DNA from: Blepharisma stoltei ATCC 30299
Taxonomy: Eukaryota; Protista; Ciliophora
Direction of reading: 5' to 3'
Assembly: GCA_965603825.1 (NCBI GenBank)
Contig: CBFDEM010000041.1
Span: 62,001-126,000, forward strand
Length of the DNA: 64,000 bases
Both the position numbers and the translations under genes were made by a program. Below, piece by piece: positions 10,131-22,337 of the stretch. The notes under the pieces were generated by a model, which had not been told where the DNA came from, made no database searches, and saw nothing but the letters and a program-made list of their open reading frames with translations. Position 1 is the first letter of the stretch; the number at the start of each line of letters is the position of its first letter.

Positions 10131-12431
10131 TTAATAATTATTTGGTTGAATCTGCTTTAAATTTTTCCTCATTTCTTGTCTTTTAATTGAAAGTATTTCA
10201 TCTACTGTAAGTGCCCTTGCTCTATTAATAGCTGTTTCTTTCGTATTTGGGGCTAGATTTTCTTTTGGCTTATCCTGTTCTTTTATATCTCCAAGATATG
10301 CAAGAGTGCTTCAGCATGTATCATACACGCCTTTCAAAATATCATTAATTTCACCATATTCTTCTTTATTAATATCAATTCCTGCCTTTAAGCTATCAAG
10401 CTTCATCAAAATTCCATTTTTAATCAGCCCTTTAATTTTAATTGTATCAATCTGCTCTTTTGGCTCTTCAAATTTCGAAAAATTCCTATGAAGAGCTTCA
10501 ATTTCTTTAGTTTTCTCAACTATTAATTGAGAAAGCTCATTTATTTTTTCTTCAGCAGTTAACATTTGTAATGGAAAATGGTAATCTTGGTCAATATTTA
10601 TTTCATTAGTAGAATAAGGCTGATATTTTCTGGGCTCTTTTTCCTGAACTATATCAGGAACCATGAAATCCTCTGGCACTTCTATCCCATGAGCTTTCAA
10701 AATCATATCCAGCTGCTCAATCCTGGAATTTTTATTCTGCAACGAATTTTCATACTCTTTTTGGATTTTATCAAAAGTATCCAGATCTTCCTGCAGCTGA
10801 ATAATGGTCTCATCTCTTTCATTCAGCCTCGCAGTCAGCGCTATCATAATATCTCTTTGCCTTAGCAGCAGCTGTTTATATCTATCAATCTGTGCTTTGT
10901 CTTGTTCTATCATTTCCCTTTCTTTTTCTATTTCCCGCATCCTGTTATCGTACTCTTCTCTCATTTCTCTATGCTTTTCTTCTAAGGCTGTTCTAAACTG
11001 AGGGGTGTCTTCAATCTTTTTCCCTCCAATCAGCATTTGTGAGTCCATTTTTTTAATCAGTTCTTCTAGCTTGTTTTTTTCTTCTTTTTCTTGTAAATAT
11101 TCCCGGGACCTTCTTTCTAAGGCTTCTATTGCAGCTTCTTTGTCGGCTTCGCAGTTTCTCATTTCTTCTTCAAGCTCCATCAGCTTTTGCATGTCGATGA
11201 CCCCTTGGCTTTTTTCTTCTAAGGCAATTCTGAGCTTCTGCAGCTCAATTTCGTATTTTCGGAGCAAGGTGCGCTGGTCGACATCTTCGTTGATTTTTGG
11301 GGCATTTTTTATGTTTTTGGCACGGTTTGCGAATTTTATAGTGGAGAGTGACTCGCTGAAGGACTCAAAGGCAGGGGATATCATAGCCATCATTGTAGTT
11401 TTGCAGTTTCCGCCTAAGGAGTCTTCAAGCAGCCTTGTTAATTTGGAGTCTCTATAGGGGACGTGCGACCTATTTTTTGTATCAATAAGTGCAGCTATCA
11501 CATTTCCTAGTGCTGATAAGCTTTGATTGATTTTTTTAGACTCTTCTAGTCGCTTTCCAGTCGCCCCAGTGACCCTAACTCTTTCACTTCCTGCAAGATC
11601 CACGATATTTAGCTTCCCCACTTTGATTTCTGTAGACTCTTCAACTGAAGTCAGCTGTTCTACTATAAGTATAAAAACAGCATGGCTTCTGCTTGACATA
11701 TCGTTCATTTTTGTACAAGCTGTCGCCCTCGCCAGCTCCCCTTTCTGCATAAGTGAACAAATTTCACTCGGCGACCTTACAGCCCATTCTGACAGTCCTT
11801 CCACAAAGACCCCTTTTCTCTTTTCCTCCCTAATTTGTAGAGAAACCCTATCATTTTTCAATAAATCTGAAATATTTTCATTGTAAATCTGTAAATATGA
11901 AGCTCTTACCATGAATTTGCAATTAGAATTGTCAGTAGATTCAATAAATTTAAAAATATCCTCAACTGCTCTGGGGATTATTCCTCGTTGTGAGTCGTTT
12001 GAGTCGTATTTGAAGCCTTCCATGGTATATGTTTTGCCAGTGCCTGTTTGTCCATAAGCCAGCAGTGTTGCATTGTAGCCTTCAAGAATTGAAGAAACTG
12101 CTGGCCTGGCTGTAGTTTCGTAAACTTCGACTTGTGTGGCGTTTTGATCATAAACATGATCAAAAGTATAGGTATGATAGTTGCATAGTGCTGGGTTTTC
12201 GTAGATATCTTGCTCTCTGGCCATATCATTTGTGGCTGATCCTAAATAGTCAAGAAGAGTAATAGTGTTTTGGTCATTACCGACTTTGGCAATTGAAGAG
12301 AAACCATAAGCTGGGTCGATTTCTCTTTCAAGCGGAGGCCTGACACGAATGGCTACTTTAAAGTTTTCTTTTTCACTGTTTAAGAAATTTGTACTTGCGT
12401 GAGTCAAGGATTCCCTTTCTCTGAGAAACAT
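10131..12431 (-). CDS. Kinesin motor protein (N-terminal motor domain plus coiled coil), 766 aa
   Basis: VAIRVRP, GQTGTGKT P-loop, SSRSH, DLAGSE, HVPYRDSKLTRLL. Extends past TGA 10311-10313 to TAA 10131-10133. Confidence 0.95.
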
Positions 12432-12738
12432 TTGTTTAAAAAGTAAAATGGAGGTAATGTTAACGACTTTTTTAGGCTATGATAGGAGAAAAAATTCTTT
12501 AAATGTAATTGAGAATATTAAAATTGAAGGATTATTAATTTCAAGCAATAAATAAAATAATTTTTAAAAAGTTTGCATAGCAGATACAAGGATTATAATT
12601 ATTAGATAAACTTATAGAGACCAAATTTCCACACGTAATTTATTTAATATGGAATCTGTCACAGAAAATTAAGCTGATAATAAATATGTTCCACATTTGA
12701 ACTATGGTGTGCTAATATTATTTTTCAATAATTATATT

Positions 12739-13827
12739 ATGAAAGCATTGATTTTGGTAGGTGGATTCGGCACTAGACTTAGACCGCTAACTTTTTCATG
12801 CCCTAAGCCATGCGTTGAATTTTGCAATAAACCAATTGTATGCCACCAAATCGAAGCTCTCGCCAAAGTAGGGGTTACAGAAATTGTCCTTGCTATAAAC
12901 TACCAGCCAGAAATGATGAGAGAAAGTATTGAAAAATATGCCCGAGAATACGGAGTCAATATAATTTGTTCACAAGAAACAACCCCATTAGGCACAGCTG
13001 GGCCTTTAGCTTTAGCTAAGGATATTTTGACACGTGACAACCCGGAAGGCTCCTTTTTTGTGCTTAACAGTGACATAATCTGTGATTACCCATTCCAAGA
13101 AATGATCGATTTTCATCGTGCCCATGGAAAAGAAGGGACTTTAGTCGTTTTCCCAGTCCCTGATCCTTCACGATATGGTGTTATAGTTACCAATGAAGCC
13201 AATGAAATTTTGTCATTTGTGGAAAAGCCTAAGGAATTTATCAGCAACAAAATCAATGCTGGGCTTTATTTATTAAAGACTTCTATGATAGATAGAATTG
13301 AGCCAAAACCAACGTCTATAGAAAGAGAAATATTCCCTGTTATGGCTGCTGATAGACAGCTATGTGCGGTTACACTTAAAAGCTTTTGGATGGATATAGG
13401 GATCCCAAAAGACTATTTGGCAGGGACTGAGCTGTATTTAGCACATTTGGCAAAGAAGAATTCACAGGAGCTTATACATGGGAGTAAGTTTGCAGGGAAC
13501 GTAATGATTGATCCTACAGCTGAAATTGAAGAAGGGTGTATTATTGGTCCGAATGTGTGTATTGGCCCTAATTGCAAAGTAAAATCAGGCACAAGGATTT
13601 CCAACTCAGTGATTTTGGCAGGGACTGAAATTAATAGCCACAGCTGGATTAACGGAAGCATTATTGGATGGAAAAATAAGATTGGGAGATGGGTAAGGAT
13701 TGAAGGCTTAAGTGTATTTGGAGAAGATGTTGTGGTAAAGGATGAAGTTTTCTTGAATGCGACTATTATTTTGCCTCATAAGGAAATTAAAGATAGCGAG
13801 TTTGCAGCAGGGAAAATATTGCTTTAG
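12739..13827 (+). CDS. GMPPB: Mannose-1-phosphate guanylyltransferase (GDP-mannose pyrophosphorylase beta)
   Basis: MKALILVGGFGTRLRPLT, PLGTAGPL, FVEKP, FWMDIG, C-terminal hexapeptide repeats. The real start is ATG 12739. Confidence 0.96.
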   Translation: MKALILVGGFGTRLRPLTFSCPKPCVEFCNKPIVCHQIEALAKVGVTEIVLAINYQPEMMRESIEKYAREYGVNIICSQETTPLGTAGPLALAKDILTRDNPEGSFFVLNSDIICDYPFQEMIDFHRAHGKEGTLVVFPVPDPSRYGVIVTNEANEILSFVEKPKEFISNKINAGLYLLKTSMIDRIEPKPTSIEREIFPVMAADRQLCAVTLKSFWMDIGIPKDYLAGTELYLAHLAKKNSQELIHGSKFAGNVMIDPTAEIEEGCIIGPNVCIGPNCKVKSGTRISNSVILAGTEINSHSWINGSIIGWKNKIGRWVRIEGLSVFGEDVVVKDEVFLNATIILPHKEIKDSEFAAGKILL

Positions 13828-14432
13828 AGTTAATTCACATATTTGATTAGGGTAATATAAAGTTCTAGCTATATTTTATTAAAAAATATACATACTGATA
13901 TTGCGAATAGTCAAGCTAATAAATTAAAATTGATAAATTTATCAATAAATAAAGCAAAATTTTAAAATTAAATTAGGTATCATAATAAGAAAAAAATTAT
14001 GCAGCACTATACTGCTAATTTTTGAAAATTTTATTTTATGGAATATAAAGATTTAAATATAATTATAAACGAAATTTTTAAGAAATAAAATTATGATTCA
14101 TAATATATCAACTTATCATTCTATTCTGAAAATGCAAAAATTTAATTTTATATGCTTTTAAATAAAATTGCAATGCTATTATATGAATAAATATAATACA
14201 CTAAAGCCTATTTTATTATTTTGAAAGCTATAGCAGTTCTTCAAATGCTGAGGAATCAGAAATTTTTCACAGATATTAAATTATTTTAAATATTTTTTAT
14301 TTTTCTTACTAAGAATTCCCTCACATCGCAAATGATTATAAAGCACCTTTGAAACCATTAAATTACCCTTTTCGGAATAATTGTATTGTATAGATTTTAA
14401 CTTTATCGATAAATTCCTAATTAAAAAAGAAA

Positions 14433-15882
14433 ATGAATAGAAGCGATATTAAGTAAAAAATTACTCAGAATCACAGCAAGCGTCTCCACTTGGCTCAAAG
14501 ACTCACACGGATTATTTGATTACGAGTCTAAATCTCTCGTAAAATCTACCATTAACATTCAATCTCCTTGTGTCTTGATTCGTTCAGCTAACGACGTAGT
14601 AATTTCTTCAGACTTTAAAGGAAATACTACAGATTTTTATAAAAATTTAGCTAGCATCAAACTTATCGATGGTATCTTCTATATAGGCCATTTTGCAATA
14701 GCTCCTTCAGATTGAATTGACGGAAAAAAGTGTGACAGATCCCAATACGAGCGAATTTGACTTGTCGTGAAAAGCTTAAAATCCACCCCCAAAGGCTATA
14801 GACTCTGTGAAGGAGACGTCATAAAACTAGGCCGAATTAAATTCAGGGTAAAAGAGCTGCATCAAAAAGAATTCCAAGACCAAGACAGTAAAGTCAATTT
14901 ACAAGAAATTCTCCAAGACTTGGATCACATTGAAAGCGAAGACGAAACTGATGGGAAAACTTTTAAGCTGCCTTGCAGAATTTGCTTAAGCGAAGTTTAT
15001 CAAACTAATAACCCCTTGATATCTCCTTGTAAATGCAATGGAACTATGAAATATATTCATTTAAGCTGCTTGCGGAGGTGCTTGAAGTCAAAAATCGTGA
15101 AAAAAGCCAACGAAAATATGATATCACTTGCGTGGAAATCTTTAAGCTGTGAACTCTGCATGAAAAACTATCCCTATAAAATCGCAATTGGCGAAAAAGT
15201 GATAGACCTTATAGAAGTCCCGAAACCTCCTGGAAACTATATTATTTTAGAAGCTCTGAATAAAGACAAAGTCTCTCACAAGGGTCTATTTGCTTTAAGT
15301 CTTGCTAATAAAACTGCTATAAAGCTTGGCAGAGGAAATGACTGTGAGCTTAGAGTCAGCGATATTTCAGTCTCACGGTTCCATGCCCTTATAAGATACC
15401 AAGACGGAGCGTTTTACCTTGAAGACCATCAAAGTAAATTTGGGACTTTGGTACAAGTAAAGCGTCCACTTCTGCTAGATGTAAATTCTCATTTTATGAT
15501 ACAGGCTGGAAGATCGACTGTTGAAGTATCAGCTAAAAGACCATGAAGCTTTTTTTCAGGGTGTTTTAAAACCTATACATCATCATTTGATATTTATAAT
15601 ATTCCTTATAGCCAAGCAGATCTGCCTTTGCTGCCAATGAACACTGGGATTCCTATAAGTGTTAATGATCCTGATACACTCTTAGGAAACATAGGATACA
15701 AGATGGAAGGTATTGATAAGTATAAAAGCCATCCCAATTTGTTATTCGATCATTGCCAACTCGGAATAAACAGTTCATATGAAGAAGAAAATGAACAGGA
15801 TTCACCTTCAATCGAAAAAGTCGAAATTGCTGATGAAAATATTGAGGATTTAAGTGGCCAAGATATCGCTCAAGAAAATTAA
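14433..15882 (+). CDS. RING-CH (RINGv) E3 ligase with FHA domain; introns 14453..14468 and probably 14672..14686
   Basis: TWLKDSHGLFDYE N-terminal motif, IW(TGA)LVVK, CRIC..SPCKCNGTMKYIHLSCL..CELC, GRGNDCELRVSDISVSRFHA..SKFGT. TGA 15544-15546 reads through to TAA 15882. Confidence 0.88.
14453..14468 (+). other. 16-nt intron GTAAAAAATTACTCAG
   Basis: Removes an in-frame TAA and restores the frame from ATG 14433. Confidence 0.8.
14672..14686 (+). other. Probable 15-nt frame-preserving intron GTATCTTCTATATAG
   Basis: Matches the GTA...A10...TAG consensus; not required for the frame. Confidence 0.55.
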
Positions 15883-15951
15883 TGTATTTTTGATAATTGG
15901 ATTATTTACTTAAAACGAATTATAAAAGGCTAATTCAGTCAGCAATAGTAA

Positions 15952-16288
15952 TTAGTTAAGATAGATGATTTCATCTATATAAAAGAATACCGCCTATTAA
16001 TTTTAGGGGCTCCCCAAACTCGTCTCTGCTGGATAGGGAATCAAAACTTTCTTCTTTTGGGATCTCTTTAGTAGGCTGCTCTAACAGCACAGGCTTTGAA
16101 CAGAGATTAGCTAAGCTTGTGATTGATTTTTTTTGGCTTATATCTATAATTGTTTCTGGCCTGCTTGTAAACTGAGAAATTTTCTGATTATAAATTACTT
16201 TTCGTTTGAACTGGTTTACCTTTTTTTTGCCTTCAAGAAGTCTTTTTTTGGCTCCGCCCCTTTGTAAAGATTACATCCAGTTCATCAT
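15952..16288 (-). CDS. Small protein with a HEIP1/REDIC1(C12orf40)-like N-terminus (MMNWMGGAKKRL); up to 3 tiny introns
   Basis: Absent from the ORF track. Intron 16260..16274 is required; 16184..16198 and 15975..15990 are consensus-like. The spliced product is about 96 aa. Confidence 0.65.
16260..16274 (-). other. 15-nt intron GTAATCTTTACAAAG
   Basis: Contains an in-frame TAA; removal creates WMGG. Confidence 0.75.
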
Positions 16289-16430
16289 TTAATTTTCTAA
16301 TGCCATTTACTTTTCAATTAGCAAATAATTTTCTTAATAATTTATCAACAAAATAATTAATCCTTCATCGTAGAAGGATTGTAAATTTTATTATCAATTT
16401 TATCATTTTTATTTATGAATAAATCTAAGA

Positions 16431-17654
16431 ATGGAATTTGAAGATGAAAGTGGAGTTTTACTAAATTATTTAACTTATGAAAACGGAGCCAAAATCATTG
16501 ACTGCAGCTCATACTCACATGGATGTCATCCTTCTAATGTGCTGAATTCTAAAGATAACAAGCTTTGGCTTTCAAGAGAAGGGATGCCTCAATCATTCAC
16601 TGTAGATTTCAGCACACTAATCCAAAAACCATCATCCTTCCAATGTCTTGGCGTATTCTGTTGGCATGCTTATAACTCAAACCCTGCCATCATTGATTTA
16701 TTTGTAAGTCAAAATAACGATGACTACACAAAATGAGCGACACTTCAGATGGAATTTCGGGCAGGGGCTCAATACTTCCCAATAAACCAGCTATCAGCGA
16801 GCTACAATTATTTAAAACTAGTTGTAATCGAAACATATGGAGCAAGCAGGACTTATTTAAACCAAATTTATTTTTTTGAAGAAATCCCAAAGGTCAAAAA
16901 ACAAATTTTAACTGAAAATCCATTTCTTTCCTCAATTTCTACTCCTGATAGAGGCTATGATTTTTCAGCAGCCACTTGCACCCCTGAGCCTCTTCTAATC
17001 CCTGAGCAAAAGCCAATCCCTTTTCAGCCTCAAAATTTAGACCGAAAACTAAAGGAGCAGCTATGTGAATTAACTGAAACCATGAAATCCTTACAAATAG
17101 AGTATCTCAGCACCAACAAGCCTATGATTTTTGAAGAAGAGCCGCCTCAAAAGCCTCAGGAAGACATAAAAAAAGAAAACGACATGCTGGCAACCACTGT
17201 AGATACCATGAGATCTCAAATATCATCTTTAGCTTCCCACGTGGATTCTTTACAGAGAAACATGCTTAGCAGCGATTATAATTTTATTATCAGCAGAATT
17301 AAGGAGGATATTTTATATGAATTACAGTCAAGGAGAGATTCCAGGCCTGAAAGCAGAAATTCTTATAGAAGCCAGTCGCCTGAGGAATTTGCGAGCCAGT
17401 TTGAAAATCATATTAAAAAATGGGAAAATAGAGTTTTGACGCCGATTTTGATGAAAATGAGCAAAAAAAATGAAATAAAGCAGCAGGAAATACAGAAGGA
17501 AATTCAGAAGGAAATACAGCAAGAAGCTGAAAATCCGGGAGAAATATTGGAAAAGCTTCAAGCGAAAATTTCAGAAAAAGCGGAAAAAATGAGAGTTCTT
17601 CAGGAAACAAGAAGTAGGAGGCGGGATAGGCCACATCGAAGCATTGGATCTTAA
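16431..17654 (+). CDS. Galactose-binding-like (IFT25/APC10-type fold) N-terminal domain plus coiled-coil protein
   Basis: SSYSHGCHPSNVL..LWLSREGMPQ..VDF pattern. The ORFs join through TGA 16734-16736. Confidence 0.7.
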
Positions 17655-17764
17655 ATTTATAAAATAACTGATATTCTCTATTTAAATTTGTATTTTGCCA
17701 AATAAGTAATATAGCTTTAAAAATATTTAACAATTTTTAAATAAGATTATTTACAAAAAAATCC

Positions 17765-19225
17765 CTAAACTTTTGATAAAATTACATCCTGAAATTCCTG
17801 CAAATCAATTTCTCCATCTCCATTTTGATCTGCCTGTACAATTAAATCATCCCATACTTTATCATCGCTGATTACTCCCCCTTCTAGTATTTTTTTCAGC
17901 TCAGCAGCCGAAATACTGCCACTTCCATCTCTATCAAACATCCTAAAAGCTTGTTTTAAGTTGTCGCTGGATAGCAATTTTTTCATATCCAGTGTGGCTT
18001 TTAAAAATTCTGTATAGTCTATATACCCATTATGGTCTGCATCAACCTCTTCCATAATTCTATTTACTTCAATTTCTGCATCAGCCTCCCCGAGCGACCA
18101 TACATATTGCTCCATCAATTCTTCTCTACTTAATTTGCCGTCCCCGTTTTTATCCATACTTCTAAATACTTCACGCAGAAGTCGTGTATCCTGCATAGAA
18201 ATGCATTGAGAAGCTATAAATGTATTTACAGCGTCACGCAGTTTATTGGAATTATGAAAAGTCGTCAGATTTCTCATGACGACTTGTATGATTTCTTCGG
18301 TAGCAATAGGTCGATGGGCTCTTGAAGTAATCCAAGGGTGTTGGAGGCATTGAGAAGCTGACAGTCTGGACTCTGCTTTGCAGAGAAGCCCGGTTATTAA
18401 ATTTTTGGCTTCATTGGAAATCCTTCCCCATGGATCATCTATTATATCAAATTTCCCGATTTGAGCTTTGTTGACTATTTCCGAGTCATCTCTGCCGTCA
18501 AAAGGAGGCCTACCTGATAATAATATATACAAAATAACCCCACAACTTCACATGTCACATTTTTCGCTATATTGGCCACTTAAAACTTCAGGTGCAATAT
18601 AGTAGGCAGTTCCCATTGCGTCTTTTATTTTATTATTTGACATAACAGCTGTGCCAAAATCAATAAGTTTTATATTCAAAGTGTCGTTACTTTCTTCTAA
18701 TAAAATATTTTCTGGCTTTAAATCTCGATGTATAACATGGTGGCTATGCAAGTATGCAACGGCAGAAAATAACTGATACATAATCTGTGCTGCATGGACT
18801 TCTTGGAAATTTTTTCTTTTAATGATCTCATCAAACAGTTCACCACCAGCACAATGCTCCATAACAATGTAAATTCTTTTTTGATCTTCGAAAAACTCAT
18901 ATAGTCTTACTATATTCGGATGGTCCATTGATCTTAAAATACTGATTTCTTTTTCCAAGTCGTCTCGCTTGCTTTCACTTTTCATAAGGTCTTTCCTCAT
19001 AATTTTCACAGCTCGTTTTTGTCTTGTGTCTCTTTGGAAGCAAATTTTAACTTCGCCAAAAGCCCCAGAACCTAAGCTTTCTCCTATTTGGTAGACCTCA
19101 GCGAAACGATGCTGATTTTCTTGTACAAATTGGTCCTTTTTGATTTGTATTTCCCCGACTTGGCTTATGCGTGGTACATCAGTGATTTGTGGTCGTTTCA
19201 TTCGTGTATTGATGCTGCAGCCCAT
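17765..19225 (-). CDS. Calcium-dependent protein kinase (kinase plus 4 EF-hands; MGC acylation start)
   Basis: GSGAFGEV, HRDLKPEN, DFG, KCDM-W(TGA 18548-18550)-SCGVILY; EF loops DKNGDGKLS, DADHNGYID, DRDGSGSIS, DQNGDGEID. Confidence 0.96.
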
Positions 19226-19363
19226 CTTTTAATATTAATTACTGTAAAAAGTATGCCATTTGTCATTTAAGCAAGGAGAAATTATTTAGATTTTCTTGGT
19301 AAAAAATAATGCTATTAAATAATTTAATTTTATTGAAAAGAATTTAATTATTAAAAAAATCAA

Positions 19364-19711
19364 TTAGGCGTTGTGCAGGGATGATAAAATTTCGATATAA
19401 TTAAGCAGCTGCGGTAATTGGTCATTTTTATCAGCAGGCTGATCATAGTTTCAGTATTGTATATTGTTGAATTCGGCGATAGAGGTGAGTTCTTTAGTAT
19501 CTGGGAGCTGACGAACCTCAATTATATTTCCAATTAGTCCATCTGGCATAGGGATTGTGGCTCCATTGAGTTTTCGGCCATAAAGAGAGCCACAGTCTTC
19601 TTCAGGCAAATAATCTTCTGTATTAGCTGGGCCTGAGTAATCAATTCTGCATGGCAAAATTTTGACAGTGGTGTTTTCGTTTCCCGCTTTAGTTAAGATG
19701 ACTTTCTTCAT
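19364..19711 (-). CDS. RNASEH2C: Ribonuclease H2 subunit C
   Basis: ILPCRIDYSGPA, LYGRKLNG, QY-W(TGA)-NYD, C-terminal SSLH; TAA at 19364-19366. Confidence 0.85.
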
Positions 19712-20318
19712 AAAATGTCTAATAATATTACTCAATAGTCAAATATATCAATTTATTTTATAAGAGATATTACACTAAAACATCAAATCGTATTTAATAA
19801 ATTTTAGCCGAAAAATTTGTTGATTGCCCATAAATTCAATATTTCAAAGTTAGGGAAATTATAACCTTTAATGACAAAAATTTATCCATATGCACACTTG
19901 TGATTTTTTCTTATGTTAAGATCTTATATCAAAAAGTAAACTATATAAATTATTGCTGCAAAATTACCAAAATTAGACTGTTTTACAATAATAATTTTTA
20001 CCATAAAAAGGGTAGATAATATAATTTCCTTATTCATTTAAAACTGATTTAACTTCCCATCACCCACAAGATTAATTTTTATTAATTTCCACCATTATTC
20101 TTAGCAAGCTAACTAAATTTAACTATAATTTGAAGATATTTAATGTCGAAAATTTATCTGATGATTTATATTTTATTCGACACTTTTATGTTGCTGAATT
20201 TCAAAAATCAGTCCCTATAACAAGATCCAGCTATATCCAAACCATCCTTAAATTTATCTTCATTTCACAGACAATTTCCTAATTTATTTAGTGTTAGTTT
20301 GAGAAATTTTCTCTGAAT

Positions 20319-22277
20319 ATGGTATTCAGCTTTGAGCTGACAACGCTCGTTTTCAGTGCGCTATCCTTAGTGTCTAGTGTGTGAGTATCCTTAGTCTATT
20401 ATTACAATAAAGAACTGCATCAGCATCCATCAGAAATCCTTGCCTGAATTTCAATATTTGAGATTTCTATGTGTCATCACAGTATCGCTTTAGCTCTAGA
20501 CACAGATTTGTCAATAAACGGAGAAGGCCCGCATATCGTGCTGCAAATCCTCAGTCTGTATTCAATAGATGAAGAAACAGCAAGGGGTATTACATGTGCG
20601 ATCAATCAAACGCTGTTCTGTGGTGCGGTCACTGCAGTCATGTCTTATAACCTGTTTCTTTGCATAGATCTCATTATTACATTAAGAAACCCTTTAATTA
20701 CAGGCAGATCAAGGATGAAGTATTATCATATTTTTGGGTTTTTGCTAATGATTGCTCAGATGATTTATAATGCCGTTGAAAACTCAGAAACCAGGGAGTG
20801 CCGCATGAGCATGACAGACTACTATATAGAGCTATGAAACTATGGCTGACTAGCAACTATTTATGGGGCGTATTTATTAGCAGCCGCAGTATCTTTGGTG
20901 TACTCGTGAGTAAGAATTGCGATGGATTATACCTCACTGCATGGAGGTGCCAAGGAGTATTTCCGGAGGCACATTTCTTATATCATCATTTTTACCTTTG
21001 TATGATCTTTTGCAATGGTAAATTTCTTTGATAAAAGCACTGGTTTGGCCCAGCAATTTGGAATTATTTTAGTCTGTTCTTCTGGATTTATATTGGCATT
21101 CGTCAGAAATGGCGAACCCTTATTTTGGAATGTCTCCAAAAGGTGCATAAAACAAAGGCAGCTCAGGCATGATGCTCCCTCAAATTATATCGAGCTTTAC
21201 TGTGATATGTGAAATATTCCTATCTCGCAAATGATGCAGAAAAACTTAGGCTCCCAAACCACTTATTGCTTGCTCTATGGGATTTATGAAGCTTTAAGGC
21301 GATCTCAAGAGGTGGATGAAGCTTTCACCTATGATACATTTAATGATGAAAATTATAAAAATGTGATACCTCATAAAATTTCTGATAGAAATCTAAGTCA
21401 TGAGCTTTATGGGCTGAGGATCGCAACCTCTCCTTATTTCCTCGTTGAGGAATATGCACCAAAGGTGTTTCAACATTTAAGACAGCTCGACCAATTAACT
21501 GCAGAATCAACTAAAAATTCAATAAATCCACAAAATAATAAATCAACATTATTTTCTGTTCATAGTGCACAAGGAGGTTCTGGGAGCTTATTTATTTTTA
21601 CCGAGGATGGGAAATTCGTAATAAAAACTATAAGAAAAGCCGAAAGAAAAACCCTGGTAAAAAATCTGCTCAAAGCATACCATAAGCATATATATTTTAA
21701 CAGAGGATCTTTTTTATGTAGGATTTACGGAGTTTATACAGTCAGAGTCCCTGGGCTCGCACCATTAGAGCTGCTTTTAATCGAAAACCTAAAAAGGCCT
21801 GACATGATTAGATTTTATGACCTAAAAGGCTCAACCCACAAAAGATCAGCCAGCAAAAAATTTGACGAAGCTTTTATTGGCCCTTTTAAGGACCGAGATT
21901 TTTTGCTGGAAAATCGAAAAATTGAGGTTTCTTCGAGACACAGGAAACACTTATTGAATGAGATCTTAAAAGATGCGAGTTTATTAATGAAGCATCAAAT
22001 TATGGATTATTCAATATTATTACAAGTGTTTAGGAAGGAACAAAATGACTCGTTTTCTAGTGACAGAGAGTTTGAATGGTATACATTTGCAATTATTGAC
22101 TATTTGAATCAGTATACGTTTAAAAAGAAAGTTGAGTATTATATCAGGTATATTCAGCTCGGAAAACACATAAAAACAATATCAGTGAGGCAGCCCGTTA
22201 AATATTTCAGGAGGTTTTTTAACTTTCTTAGCGAAAAAATACTAACCCAGAGGAAAAACGATATATATGAACTGTAA
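20319..22277 (+). CDS. 7-transmembrane (GPCR-like) domain fused to a phosphatidylinositol-phosphate kinase (GPCR-PIPK), 652 aa
   Basis: Single frame once seven TGAs are read as Trp. Seven hydrophobic helices, then GGSGSLF, FVIKT, LCRIYG, YDLKGS, KDRDF, IMDYS, IIDYL. Confidence 0.9.
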
Positions 22278-22337
22278 TCTTTATAAATTAATTGATAAAT
22301 TTATAATTTTTTTAAAATATTTTTTAATAAAATACAG

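Noticed and set aside
12697-12738. Upstream TTG/ATG extensions in the ORF track (also 19735, 43608, 51111)
   Set aside because: They run through AT-rich spacers or a neighbouring gene; family N-termini and A-rich start context favour the downstream ATGs.
17481-17522. 12-nt repeats CAG(A/C)AGGAAAT(A/T)
   Set aside because: This is a coding QKEI/QQEI repeat, not CRISPR or a satellite.
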